From: a virus
Lineage: Duplodnaviria > Caudoviricetes
Length of the DNA stretch: 64,000 bases
Strand: one strand, 5' to 3'
Virus record (IMG/VR): IMGVR_UViG_3300031993_000044
Location: 1-64,000 of that record
Both the position numbers and the translations under genes were made by a program. The notes beneath the pieces are model-generated. The model did no database searches and was not told the origin of the DNA. It saw only the letters and a list, made by a program, of their open reading frames with translations. Of the stretch, positions 9,175-20,000 are shown piece after piece. The stretch's first letter is position 1; every line of letters starts with the position of its first letter.

Positions 9175-12100
9175 CTACGATTCTTCGGTGAGCACGCTTT
9201 CGTTTTCTATCTCTCCGAAGAAGCACAGCCGCCCGCCGAAGCTCGCGACCGAGAACGACGAAGCGTGACCCGTGTACGAATAGGCGACACCCGCATACGC
9301 ATTCGCATTGCCGTTCGAACGACCCAGCACACGGCCCTTGTCGGCGTTGGTTGACTGATAGGCAGCGTAACACGTAGCGTAAGTGGTATCACCCGCGTAT
9401 GAGCCTACAACAATATCGCAGTAACGCCCGAAGCGCACACGTGCAACATTTGTTGCTTGGTTGGTTTCAGCAGCCTTAACCCTACGCTCGTTGCCGTCCT
9501 GCTGCATGATGTTATAGTACTTGTCAGACGTATAACCGCTGCTTGCAGGTCGCTTTGCAGCTTTGAACGCAGCCCATGAAGGAGCGTTTAAGCAGCCTTT
9601 GTCAGTCCATTCATACGTTGAAGCAGTCCAGCACTCCAAACCCCACATCTTGTTATGCTGGTTCTGTGCTACAAACTCACTGTCACCAAAAGCGATGCTG
9701 TTGCGCACGCCCGTCGTTTCACCTGCACTGCTGCCACGTCCTACGATGGTTTCAACGTCACGTGTGCCAAACCACACCATAAGCAAGTTGGCCATGTCCT
9801 TTGAAGTCTCGTAGGGAACGGTTGAGTATTCGCCGTTGTTTACACCCACGTTACGCACGCTTGCAAGGTTAAAGAAATCCTGTGCCGTGCCGTTGATGCG
9901 CGTGCCTGGCAGTGCCGTCGGGTTGCCGTCGCTGTCATAAGTCCAAGCAACCTGCGTTGACGTACCGCTACCACGCGAAACAGTCTTGCCGCTGATAGAG
10001 CGCAGTCCGCTGGTAGGCGTGCCGCCCGTCGTTATGCCGGCTGCAAAGCCTTGGTAAACACCGATAAGCTCCGCTTTGTGCTCCACCCAATCAGGCTCAA
10101 TGGCTTCAATGTCCGTGCTGTCCGTAACGATGGCTTCAAGCTGCTGGTTGACCGTGTTGTAGCACGTGAAGTACAGCCATGCAGCACCGTCGGGAACACT
10201 GCGGAAGTCATAGTCGCCTTCTTCATTCATAAAGTCAGCGGGATTGCCGTTAGCGTCGTAAACGCTTAAGTGGTCAATCTCCAATATCTCGCCCGCTGCA
10301 TCCGTAAACGCATAGCTGAAATACGAGTGGTTCAAGCTTGGGAAACGTGCTTGCTTCATGCCCTGCACGCTCACTTTGTACGTAGAGCACTGCGTCGCTG
10401 TACTCAATATGCTTGCGTCCAGCGTGTCACCCACGCTGAAAATGCGGTTGTCGATAGCCTTGCCGCTGACAAGCAAGCACTGTGTAAGTGTGTGGCGTAC
10501 AGTGTTGCCCGTCGGGTCGGGGGCGCGAAGCTGCTTGTTACCCTGTCCGTCCGTGTACTCAACGCCCGACGAAAGCAGGAAATGCTTGCGTGCGTTCTTA
10601 AAGTCGTTGACACCCTTGTAGAAGTACTTTGGCAGGTACATAAACACGTCGTACATTTCGCCGTTGGGGTCAGTAGGATTGAACGTGTTGCCGTCCGCTG
10701 TTTCATACAAGCTGTTCTTTGACAGCTTTGTGACGTGCATCTTTCCCGAATTGGGATAAATGACACCTGCGCACAGCTGGCAGCGGTCATGTATGAGCTG
10801 AACGTGTCCGCTCGGCTCGTAGCCGTTGGGCTTTGCCTGTGTGCTTTGCGTGTTGGCCGTTACGTAGTTCTTACCCGTCAAGTTGTCCTCGTTTGTGACG
10901 TTGGCAGGGTCAGTAACCTTGTCGTCAAACCAATAGTGCGAGTATTGGCATTCCACGATGTCAAGGTACTTGAACGTGTCACGCAGCGTTGCAAGGCGCT
11001 GTGCGCTGATAACCTCCGTAAGCCATACCTTGCCCGTGAGTGCAGGGAACGTTGTCGGGTTGCCCTCTGCGTCATAGCCTTTCTTGTCAAGGTACTGCTC
11101 CAAGAACGAAGCACGCACCTTGCCCGTAACGCCCTCGATGCGTATATACTCCACGTTGGGGCATTCCGCAAGAAGCTCCTGCCAATTGAGGTTAGGACAC
11201 TCGGCAAAGATGAACTGTCTTACGTTCTGCGTGCTTTGCAGCGTAAGCCCGGCACGTGTAAGGTTGGGCAGGTAACGCAGTGACAGCCACGTTGTAGTAG
11301 TCGGCAGTACGAGCGTTTCAAGTGGCGCACCTTGCGGCAAAAGCACCTGCTGCAAGTTCGTACCTCCACAAAGTAACTGCTTTAGCTTTCTCTGATTGCT
11401 CATGTCAAGCGTCGTTCCTGCCTGGTTCGTACCCGTTGAAATCTGACCCGTCAAGTCCACGTATTCCAGCTTTGATATGTTGCCCAACGAGATAATGACA
11501 CCGTTGTTTACACCGCCCGAAGCGTTCATGTTGAGCCGCGAGAGCTTGACGCAGCGGCTTAAGTCGAGGTCGCCCATGATGTGGCCGTGCATACCCGTGA
11601 AGTCCACCTGCGTAATCTGACTTGCACCGCAAAGCGCAAGCGGGTCGTTAGCGGACGAGAGCTTGCCCAGCACGGGAATTGTCACGCTGTCGCCGTCCTC
11701 TGCACGTACAGGGCCGTAACGCCACGTGCCGTTTGCGAGCTTAAGGCCGTAGTAGTACAAGTCACCGCTTACAAGCTGTACGTCGTCCTCCGCGTCTGCT
11801 GCTTCACGTCCTACACGCATACCCAAGTAGTCAGCTTGGAATGTGCTTGTTCCGTAGCGTGCATCAAGCAGTGCAGCACGGTCGGTAATGAATGCGGTAC
11901 GGTGTGCTTCTCTGTTACCCGTGAGCGTATAGACGTAGTTCTGACTTGCCATCGTATCGACGTACTTAAGCATACAGCTCTCGTTGTACTGCCTTTCGCT
12001 CCAGTTGCCCATGATGGTCTCGTTGAACACTTGCAGCATGGCTTGCAGCGTCATAACGCCACGCAGGGATGCAGCCATTTCGCGCAGCTCATTCTCAAAG

Positions 12101-15100
12101 TTGGCAAGGACAAGACACCACAAGCGGCTGTTATGACCCTCAAACGCATACTTGTTACGCTCATCGTCCCATGTGTCGCGTGTGACGTTGTAGAGGTAGG
12201 CAATGAATGCGTCGTTACGAATACCGTGTGCCGTGTCACCGTCGTAATACGTGGAGTACCAAATCAAGCCGTCCCATGTGCGCCAAATGATGTTCTTTGC
12301 ACGCTGGTCAACGCTTGCGTGATAGTCAGTGAAAAGGTAGTAGCAAAGCAAGTGGTTCAAGTTGAAGTACTGCGAAATCTCGTTTTTGAAGCGCGTGCTT
12401 TCCCACTTTTCCTTGCTTTCGTCGCTCCAGCCCTCGCGTGTGCCGTAGTCGGGGTTAGAGCGCATGGCCGACGGCGTAACGTCATACAGCCAGCCCATAA
12501 GCCTGCGTATGGCTGTCTTTTGTGCAGCAGTAGCAACACTTTCCTTTGCAGGGTCTTTGATTTTCGTACTGCTCCAAAAAGTATCTTCCGGGTAGTTGAA
12601 CTCAAAGCCGCCGTCAAACTCTGCTTCCAGCTGTGTGTCAAGTGCGCTGCTGCCGCTTGTTCCCGCGCTTTGGAAAAGCGTCATGGGTGAGCCGTTGTCG
12701 AGTGCTTCCAAGCTGATAGGACAAGCCCACGTCACTTCATTGCCGCCGCTGTCCTTGACCTTTTCCATGCCGAAGATGCCGCCTGACTTTGATTTCTCGT
12801 TGTTCAAGTTGTACTGACCGTAATACGTAAGCTCACCCTGCAAGTCCGTACCGCAGAACATGTCACACGGTATGCCGTCGATGGCCTGTCTTACACGTGC
12901 GTCATACGTCTGCGGGGGCGTGAGGTAGCCAAGTGAGCGCATGGTGTTGTCGTACAGGATAGCACCACCCGTATTCAGTGCCATAGATGAATCCACGAAG
13001 TCAGTCTTTGCACAAAGCACGGCTTGCTCGATGGAGTTGCTTGCTCCGCGAAGCGCATAGCCCTTGAACTCCTTGCCGCCGTCGGAAACAATCTTGTACT
13101 TGTCCTTGTTCGGGTCATATACCTGGTTGTACGTTGTGCCGTTGTAGATAATCCTGCAAGGCTGCTGTGACGTGAACGGGCCTTTTGTCAGGTAGATGCG
13201 TATATTCTTCCACGGGTATTTCGTGGATGATGTACCCTGTATGCGGATATACACGTTGTACGCTTCAAAGTCGTATGCCCTGCCCAGCGGTGAGTACCAA
13301 TGCACGTAGTCAGCAACAAAGTCAGCTTTCTTGTCGTTACGTGCGTACACGTCAGTAAGACCCGTGCCGCTGTCCTCCGAGCGTATGATGATAAGCACGC
13401 CCCTGTTCTTGCTGATTAGCGTTTGCGGGTCAATGGAAAGGTTACTGCCCTCCGCGCTTGTCGCGTTGTTGTCGTGCTTCTGCTGAATGAGTGCAGCAGT
13501 AGGACGGTTGACGATGTAATTGTTAAGCAGCTCTGAATGGCTCAATGCGCGTCTGTAGATATACACGTTACGCACATACACGTCTGCCTTTTCCGAAGTA
13601 AACGTGATGTTTCGTGGCGTGTTCTGAACGAGGACAAGACCCTGCTCATACTGATTGGCCTTTGACAGCACGCCGTTAATGAAAAGGAACGTCTTGCGGC
13701 CTTGTGCCGTGTTGGGCTGAATGACAAACGCAACGCGCATCCACTTGTCGGGCGCAATATCCATTGCGACACCCAGCTCACGGCTGATAACGATGGGCTG
13801 TCCGTGCTCGTCCGTTTCAGCAGTGACAATGTTCTGCATCTGTCCGAGGTGCAAAGCTGCCTGTTGCGTCGTAATGTCAAAGCCCAGCGCAGGTGTGCCG
13901 TCAACGCACGAAACGACTGTTGCGCCACGTTCCAGCACCTGACTGACCATTACTTCCATTTCGACGGTCATGCCGTTGCTCTGTATGCTGTACTCGTTTG
14001 TCAGCTCAAAAGCCTTGTAGTCTATTTCAGCACTTGCACCGTTGGAGAGCGCAAGCGTGTCTATGCCGTCCTTCTTAAGCCATCCGCTCGTATTCCAATC
14101 CACGTTTCTGAATGTGGTGACACCACCCCAGTTTGCAGGGTTGGACTCGTTGTTTGAGCGTCCTGTTGCTGAAAGCTTCAGAACGTAGTCGTTGGCCTCC
14201 TGCTCGTCGATGCCCTCCGCAGCGGAAACGGTGACATTCAAAGTGCGCTGCTCCGTTCCGAGTACAAGCGTGAGCGTGCTTGCTCCGCTCGTGTCGAAGC
14301 GTTGCGTGAAGCTCTGCTGTGTACGGTCTGCCGTAAGCGTCTGAACGGCCACATTGTCGATAAGCACGTTAATGGTGGAGTTGACGCTGCTTGCATTCCA
14401 CGCTGCAAAGTTGAAAGCAAGGTCGCCAAACTGCTGTACTGCAACGCTGACAGCAGACGGTGAGCCAGCGGAATAGCCCAACGGCATTTCGCTCAACAAA
14501 TCTGCTGACAGCGTGAGCTTCAAGCCGATGTAGGGAGCACTGCCACCCGCCTTAAGGAAATCGCAGTAGATAACGTTTGACAGCAAGCCGTCACTTTCAG
14601 CAACCATCTGAATGTTGTGCTTTCCTGCTGCCAGCTCTGATGCAGGTATGTAGAAGTGTCCTACCGTCGTAGAGCTTGTATTGATTGTGCGCGTGTCGTG
14701 CTGTTCGCCGTCAAGCCACAGCGTTACGCTCGTTCCCCTCGGTGCTGTGAGCGTGAAAGGAACGTCAATCTGCTGGTCTGTGAAGCCGCCCGACAAAGCA
14801 AGCATACTTGCAGGGTCAAACGTAGAAGTGAGGTTGACATTGATAACGGAAATAGCCTTGTAGCCTTGCGCCCTCTGCGTGTTGCCCTCGCCGTCCGTAA
14901 TCGTTGCCTGCACATACACCTGCACCGTTCCTGCCGTGAGCATTTCGGGCGTGAGCGTAAGCGTGCGTGTCGTGTTGTCCGCAATGTTGCTCAACGTCTC
15001 GCGGTATGTTTCCGTCGTACCGTTGACAACACGTATAACGATGGTTTCAGCAGCCGTTCCTGTTGGCGTGCCGTCGCCGTTGTAGTGGTTGTATGACCAC

Positions 15101-15609
15101 GTAAGCACTACGCTGTCACCCTGCTTGATTCTGTTCTTTGACACGTTGGCAGTGACACGCGCATACGTTTGGTTTCCTCCCTCGCTTGCCTTGGGTATTC
15201 GGCAAGACGCAATCTCGTCGCCCTGCTCGTTTTCAAGTACAAGCGTGAGGTTCGTGTTGTCGCCCGCGTCCTTTGTGCGCATATTGTACACCTTTGAGGA
15301 CTTAAGGCTGTTGATTTCCACTGCAACAGCACCGTTTTCAACGGGGTTGCTGCTCTGCTCGTTGAGCGATTGGTCAACGACGGGAATAGTCAAGTCAACG
15401 ACACCGTTTCCGTCCTTGCTGACAGCAACGTTGTTGACACGTATGCCGCTGACCTTGCTGCCAATCTGTGTTGACTGCTGCTGATGCGTCTGCTCATGTG
15501 AACGCAGCTTGTTTTGCAACGACACTTCTATGTCGTAGCCGTCGTGCTCGTCAAAGTTGCCATTGATAATGTCAAACTCGACTGCTTCTTGTTTCGTTTT
15601 CTTTGCCAT
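9175..15609 (-). CDS. DGR target: large tail/receptor-binding protein (LamG-like, CotH-kinase-like, LRR and C-terminal C-type-lectin regions)
   Basis: 2144 aa; VR at C-terminus; QGTSS..YPWKN, DQRAKN, YYDGDTAHG; LRR-like LSRCVKLSRLNM/ISKLEYVDLT/QRKLKQLLC. Confidence 0.85.
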   Translation of the reverse strand: MAKKTKQEAVEFDIINGNFDEHDGYDIEVSLQNKLRSHEQTHQQQSTQIGSKVSGIRVNNVAVSKDGNGVVDLTIPVVDQSLNEQSSNPVENGAVAVEINSLKSSKVYNMRTKDAGDNTNLTLVLENEQGDEIASCRIPKASEGGNQTYARVTANVSKNRIKQGDSVVLTWSYNHYNGDGTPTGTAAETIVIRVVNGTTETYRETLSNIADNTTRTLTLTPEMLTAGTVQVYVQATITDGEGNTQRAQGYKAISVINVNLTSTFDPASMLALSGGFTDQQIDVPFTLTAPRGTSVTLWLDGEQHDTRTINTSSTTVGHFYIPASELAAGKHNIQMVAESDGLLSNVIYCDFLKAGGSAPYIGLKLTLSADLLSEMPLGYSAGSPSAVSVAVQQFGDLAFNFAAWNASSVNSTINVLIDNVAVQTLTADRTQQSFTQRFDTSGASTLTLVLGTEQRTLNVTVSAAEGIDEQEANDYVLKLSATGRSNNESNPANWGGVTTFRNVDWNTSGWLKKDGIDTLALSNGASAEIDYKAFELTNEYSIQSNGMTVEMEVMVSQVLERGATVVSCVDGTPALGFDITTQQAALHLGQMQNIVTAETDEHGQPIVISRELGVAMDIAPDKWMRVAFVIQPNTAQGRKTFLFINGVLSKANQYEQGLVLVQNTPRNITFTSEKADVYVRNVYIYRRALSHSELLNNYIVNRPTAALIQQKHDNNATSAEGSNLSIDPQTLISKNRGVLIIIRSEDSGTGLTDVYARNDKKADFVADYVHWYSPLGRAYDFEAYNVYIRIQGTSSTKYPWKNIRIYLTKGPFTSQQPCRIIYNGTTYNQVYDPNKDKYKIVSDGGKEFKGYALRGASNSIEQAVLCAKTDFVDSSMALNTGGAILYDNTMRSLGYLTPPQTYDARVRQAIDGIPCDMFCGTDLQGELTYYGQYNLNNEKSKSGGIFGMEKVKDSGGNEVTWACPISLEALDNGSPMTLFQSAGTSGSSALDTQLEAEFDGGFEFNYPEDTFWSSTKIKDPAKESVATAAQKTAIRRLMGWLYDVTPSAMRSNPDYGTREGWSDESKEKWESTRFKNEISQYFNLNHLLCYYLFTDYHASVDQRAKNIIWRTWDGLIWYSTYYDGDTAHGIRNDAFIAYLYNVTRDTWDDERNKYAFEGHNSRLWCLVLANFENELREMAASLRGVMTLQAMLQVFNETIMGNWSERQYNESCMLKYVDTMASQNYVYTLTGNREAHRTAFITDRAALLDARYGTSTFQADYLGMRVGREAADAEDDVQLVSGDLYYYGLKLANGTWRYGPVRAEDGDSVTIPVLGKLSSANDPLALCGASQITQVDFTGMHGHIMGDLDLSRCVKLSRLNMNASGGVNNGVIISLGNISKLEYVDLTGQISTGTNQAGTTLDMSNQRKLKQLLCGGTNLQQVLLPQGAPLETLVLPTTTTWLSLRYLPNLTRAGLTLQSTQNVRQFIFAECPNLNWQELLAECPNVEYIRIEGVTGKVRASFLEQYLDKKGYDAEGNPTTFPALTGKVWLTEVISAQRLATLRDTFKYLDIVECQYSHYWFDDKVTDPANVTNEDNLTGKNYVTANTQSTQAKPNGYEPSGHVQLIHDRCQLCAGVIYPNSGKMHVTKLSKNSLYETADGNTFNPTDPNGEMYDVFMYLPKYFYKGVNDFKNARKHFLLSSGVEYTDGQGNKQLRAPDPTGNTVRHTLTQCLLVSGKAIDNRIFSVGDTLDASILSTATQCSTYKVSVQGMKQARFPSLNHSYFSYAFTDAAGEILEIDHLSVYDANGNPADFMNEEGDYDFRSVPDGAAWLYFTCYNTVNQQLEAIVTDSTDIEAIEPDWVEHKAELIGVYQGFAAGITTGGTPTSGLRSISGKTVSRGSGTSTQVAWTYDSDGNPTALPGTRINGTAQDFFNLASVRNVGVNNGEYSTVPYETSKDMANLLMVWFGTRDVETIVGRGSSAGETTGVRNSIAFGDSEFVAQNQHNKMWGLECWTASTYEWTDKGCLNAPSWAAFKAAKRPASSGYTSDKYYNIMQQDGNERRVKAAETNQATNVARVRFGRYCDIVVGSYAGDTTYATCYAAYQSTNADKGRVLGRSNGNANAYAGVAYSYTGHASSFSVASFGGRLCFFGEIENESVLTEES
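9222..9337 (-). repeat. DGR variable repeat (VR) at the 3' end of the target gene
   Basis: Encodes GRVLGRSNGNANAYAGVAYSYTGHASSFSVASFGGRLC, a CLec-type VR. Confidence 0.97.
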
Positions 15610-15627
15610 ATTGTTACTTGCTTTATG

Positions 15628-15750
15628 TTATGGTGTTCCTTTCCATCTGTCCGTGCCAATCCAAGGCTTCCAGCCTATCCAACGCCCGCTGCCAAAGCAC
15701 GAGCGTATGGCACGTGCGGACATCATCAAAAAACGTCTGAATGTACTCAT
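15628..15750 (-). CDS. 40-aa Trp-rich tail-associated peptide (not in ORF track)
   Basis: MSTFRRFLMMSARAIRSCFGSGRWIGWKPWIGTDRWKGTP*; ATGA overlap with the upstream stop; fills the gap before the target gene. Confidence 0.65.
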   Translation of the reverse strand: MSTFRRFLMMSARAIRSCFGSGRWIGWKPWIGTDRWKGTP

Positions 15751-16367
15751 TGCTCTGCCTGGTTAGCCCACCCCGCATATACAGCAAGGTTGTTAAGTAC
15801 TGATACCTGATACGTGTAGCCGTCCTCCCATTCGGGTTCCTCCACCCAGCGCACGCCATTGGGCAGCGAGAGCGTGAAGTTGCTGCCGCTGACAGCAAAC
15901 TGCATCATGTACTCGTTGATGGAGCTTTGACCGCCAGCAACAAACTCAACGGCAAGCGAAGCTACTGCGTTTGCCCACACGTTTAGCACGTTGGGAGATA
16001 TGCGCACGCTCGTTAACGTCTGCTGTACGACGTTCTGAAAGCCGAAGTCAGAGAAATAGGCAATACACGTGTATGTCTCGCCGTTGTCTATTGAGCAGTA
16101 AATGCCGTCCTCCCTGCGTACAAGTATAGGCGTGACACCTTCTGCCTTGTATGCAGTCTTTACGCCGCCGATGTAGAAATAGCCGTCCTCGCCGATTGTG
16201 ACAGCCATCCTTTGCAGCAAGTACGCACGCACGGTTTCAGCCGTCACTTTTACAGCGTTGTTGCCGCCTACACCGCCCGCGCTGTGTATGAGGAACTGGT
16301 CGCTATTGTTTATGGATGCTCCCTGCGAGAACAACGCCAAAAGCTCCTGTGATGTCATGTTTGCCAT
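15747..16367 (-). CDS. tail-associated structural protein
   Basis: TIGEDGYFYIGGVKT; NEYMMQFAV..TLSLP..VRW..P....GYTYQVSVLNN C-terminus typical of fibre-adjacent proteins. Confidence 0.6.
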   Translation of the reverse strand: MANMTSQELLALFSQGASINNSDQFLIHSAGGVGGNNAVKVTAETVRAYLLQRMAVTIGEDGYFYIGGVKTAYKAEGVTPILVRREDGIYCSIDNGETYTCIAYFSDFGFQNVVQQTLTSVRISPNVLNVWANAVASLAVEFVAGGQSSINEYMMQFAVSGSNFTLSLPNGVRWVEEPEWEDGYTYQVSVLNNLAVYAGWANQAEQ

Positions 16368-16370
16368 AAG

Positions 16371-16757
16371 CTACTCAATTATGATTAAATGGTCGTTTGC
16401 GTCTATCTGCATTCCTACAAACTGCATTTGCGGGAGTGATATAATGCCCTGTATCTCTACGCCCGTCTGCTGCTTCACACTGCGTACAACGTTGTCGATG
16501 TCTGCAATGAGAAACTGCGTGAGCGTCTTGCCGCCCAGCTGTGCAAACGTGTTGCAGTAGTAAGCGGTAAACTCACCTCCTGCACCTACAAGCGTCTGCC
16601 CAAAGCGTTTGCCGCGTTGCAGCGCATACTTCTTTGATGCACTGCGTGACAGCAAGCCAACAGTAGCGCCCGTGTCAACGAGCAAGTTTGCAAACTTGCC
16701 GTTGATGGTTGCCTGTACGATTAGCCGCTGTTCCGAAAGTGATTTAATCTTCTGCAT
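16371..16757 (-). CDS. retropepsin-like aspartyl protease
   Basis: ANLLVDTGAT catalytic motif, GAGG flap, IQGII. Confidence 0.8.
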   Translation of the reverse strand: MQKIKSLSEQRLIVQATINGKFANLLVDTGATVGLLSRSASKKYALQRGKRFGQTLVGAGGEFTAYYCNTFAQLGGKTLTQFLIADIDNVVRSVKQQTGVEIQGIISLPQMQFVGMQIDANDHLIIIE

Positions 16758-16759
16758 AG

Positions 16760-17065
16760 CTATTCCTTTTTGGTTAGTAACAAGTTGACTGCATCAATGA
16801 CAGTAGGGGCGCAGTATTGCTCACAGAACTGCTTGATAAGCTGACATTCCCGCTCGTCGTATTCCGTTTGAGCGTCGCCGTTGAAGATTTTGAGTGCCAG
16901 CGCATGGCACTCAATGCCGTTGCCCATTGTATAAAGCAAGTTGGCAAAGTCCTTCTTCAAGTTCTTTTGAACGCACTTTGTACGTTCAATGTCAATGTAG
17001 ATGTCGATGTGCTCAAAATCTAATTTCATAGCCTTATAATTATTTAATTTGTTAGTGAAGTCCAC
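16760..17065 (-). CDS. hypothetical tail-module protein
   Basis: ORF in the late operon. Confidence 0.6.
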   Translation of the reverse strand: MDFTNKLNNYKAMKLDFEHIDIYIDIERTKCVQKNLKKDFANLLYTMGNGIECHALALKIFNGDAQTEYDERECQLIKQFCEQYCAPTVIDAVNLLLTKKE

Positions 17066-20000
17066 GTAGTGCCGCCGTCTTTGCTGACACGCACGCCATA
17101 GTTTGACACATCCAGCACGTAAGAGCCTTTTTGTGCTCTAAACCCGTAGGCCGTGCTCAATATATATGTGTCCGTTCCTTGTCTGTTGAACAGTCCGTTT
17201 TGGCCTATCAAGCAAAGCATTTCAACGCTCTTTGAATACTGATACTGTGCTTCCGAAACGGTAAGTGTTGCACTGTTGCTTGACCCTGATGCTCCTTGTG
17301 TGTTGTTTTCAGCAGAGAAAGGCGCTTTTATCTCATAGACAATGTAATAGTTTCCTTCCAAGTTTGTAGTGCCGTCAATATTGTATGTATTGTCAAACGT
17401 GACGGTCTTGTTTACCAATGCCGTGCCGGGCGACAACGTTTCTGTATATACAGAGATTGTCTTATTGCCGTTCATAAGATAGATGTTGAGCGTATAAGGA
17501 GCAATCCAGTGAATAGTCCTATTAGGTGCTGTAGGCAGTGTAAAATTGACCTTTGCGTTTTTAACACGGATAGTGCTTCCGCTGTAGAAATAGCCCAAGT
17601 CTTTTCTTACTTGCCAAAAACCTGTACCTGAAAAACTTCCTGCTGTCGGGAAATAAATTGTACCCGAGTAACTTTGCGTTAAAGTTGTTAGTGCTATTGT
17701 TGATGGGCTTGTGTCAATTTCATTGGAAATAACTTGATTTACAATCTTCGCGCACAACGTATTGTTTCCATACAGCAATATTCCTTTGCTTGTCAAACGC
17801 AGTGTGTCACCGGCGCGTATTTCTCCGTTAATTGCATCCAGCGTTATGTGAGGGACGAAGCTGCTGTTTTCATAGTCAAAGCTCTCTGAACTGCCAATCT
17901 TACCGATTTGGGAAATTAGCTCGTCCTCCTTGATTACCCATGAGCCTATATAGCCACGTGTAGAGAACATGTAGCCTGCACGGTTGACATGGAAAGGTGC
18001 TGTTGCAGGGTCGCTTCCACCTACCCATAGCGGGTTTTCCGCATTTGCCAATCCAGCAACAACCGTTCCGTTTGTTTCCGCAATGACAATCTGCGAAGAC
18101 GAAAGCATTTTGATGTTCGCGTTCTTTGCAATAAGGAACGTGAAGAAAGCGGATGCAGCGTTTATCGACACTTCCACCCAATGGCTTGAATCCTGTGAAA
18201 ACGTAGCTGCTGCAACATGCGTATCTACGCACTGATACACCTTGTAGCCGCTTGCCATGCTGTTGTCTTCAATGGCGAGGAAATCCACATAGCGAATGCC
18301 CAGCTTCTCGTCGTTTTCCTCGTTGTAGTACGTCTGATAGGGCGTGAACACTTCAAACAGCCTTTCGTGACAGCCGTTCAAGCCTTTTCTGTCCTCCTGC
18401 TTCGTCTGCCACTGCGTAGCGTAAACGCCTTCTTCAAGCTTGATTTTTGAAAGATAGACATTACCGCCCGTGTCGTAGTACTTGCGCCACAATACCTTTT
18501 CGTCTGCTGCAAAAATATGTGTGTTGTCGTATTTAGCTTTAGTTTTGAAAGTGTAAGTATGCAGCTTATACACCTCGTCCAAAGCCCAATCACGCTGACC
18601 GTCACCGTTGGGAGTATATGCCACGCCGTCAACAAAGCATTTTTCTGTCGTGTCGATGATTGACGGGTACAAATGCGTGCGGATAGTGCCACCACGCCCG
18701 TAGAACGAAAGCGTGTACCATGTGCTGTTTTTAAGCACGCCGCTCGTACTGCTTGAAAGTAATTGCTCCAGCGGGTCTATGAAATCACTGTTTGGCTGTG
18801 TGATAAGGTAGGCGTTGCAACCCTCGTAGTCGTTTTCAATGACCGTTCCTGTGTACTTAAGCCATTTTGAGTTTGCAAGCTTGAAATCTGTGCCACGCAG
18901 CAAGTTCTCACCGATAGCAGGAACGTCCTTTCCATATACGCACACAACACCGTTTGCGACGCTGGTACGGACACGTGCGTAATCTTCCAAGTCAGTCCAT
19001 GATACAAGTGCCTGGCCGGGCTTCATGCCCTTTTGGCAGATGATAGCAAGCGCACGACGCTTCTGCACAGTACGAATGTCAACGCCCACGCCATACTCCA
19101 CGGCAAGCCTTGCCCAAAGACGGTCATGTATATAGATTGCATCGTAGGACGTGATGATAGCAATGCGGTTTTCGTTTGCATGGGTCGTAAGCGCACTGAT
19201 TAGCTGGTCAGTGTAATACGTCTTGCTTGGGTTCGTAGTGTTTGGCAACGTAGTGTTGTCCGGGTCATTGTACACATCATAATTTGCCTGATGATATACA
19301 GTGAGGTTTGCGTTCAATACCGTAAGTGTCAAGCCACGCGAGTAAGACAGCGAAATGCTTTGCCCGTCTATTTCAATACGAGGATAAACTTCGCTGTTGT
19401 AATGTGTGCCGCGTGCAATGATTTCGTGGAAATCAGCATCTTCACCCTGCGGGCCTGTGTCGCCGTCCTTGTATATTGCAATCTCCTTTTTGATAACGTA
19501 ATCGTCGAAGATTGTGTTGCTAATGGCAGTGTCACGCGCATAGACTTCTATCGTATCGTCGTTGACATTGACATTGAAGCTGATGGGTGTACTTTGGCCT
19601 TGGTCGCCATAGCCATATACATAGCCACCTGCAACAGCAGTACGCCGCGTGCCGTCCTTTTGGCGCACGAAAATACGTGTGTAGGCTTGATATGGGCTGA
19701 TAACATCACCCTCCTGCTTATAGAGGTTGATATAGCCCTGATACGTTGCCTGTGTAGCGTCCTTTGGAATAGTAACGCTTTCGGGGTTGGCTTCGATGAA
19801 ATAGACGGGCGTAGTATTGCCGTCCTCTACGCAGTTAATGCGCTCCTTGTCGATTACTACACTGTTCTTTACGAGCAGAATAGTCGTGTACAGATACGTA
19901 CCGCTGTCCGTTGCGTCACTTGTCGAAACAACGTTGCTGCTTGACGGGAAATCCTGCTGTGTTGTGCCGGCACCCTTCAAGTACTTTAACGTCAAGCCCT

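Noticed and set aside
8991-9337. TR/VR pair as a CRISPR array or simple duplication
   Set aside because: Only two copies, and mismatches are strictly adenine-specific, which is diagnostic of a DGR
8907-9392. ORF-track entries over TR/VR (8907..9101, 8929..9354, 9035..9373, 9207..9392)
   Set aside because: Alternative-frame or antisense readings of the TR/VR repeats, not separate genes and not an avd
17044-17400. Second DGR variable region at the end of the 2939-aa tail protein
   Set aside because: No TR-like sequence seen there or elsewhere by eye; a full alignment scan would be needed to exclude weak remote VRs
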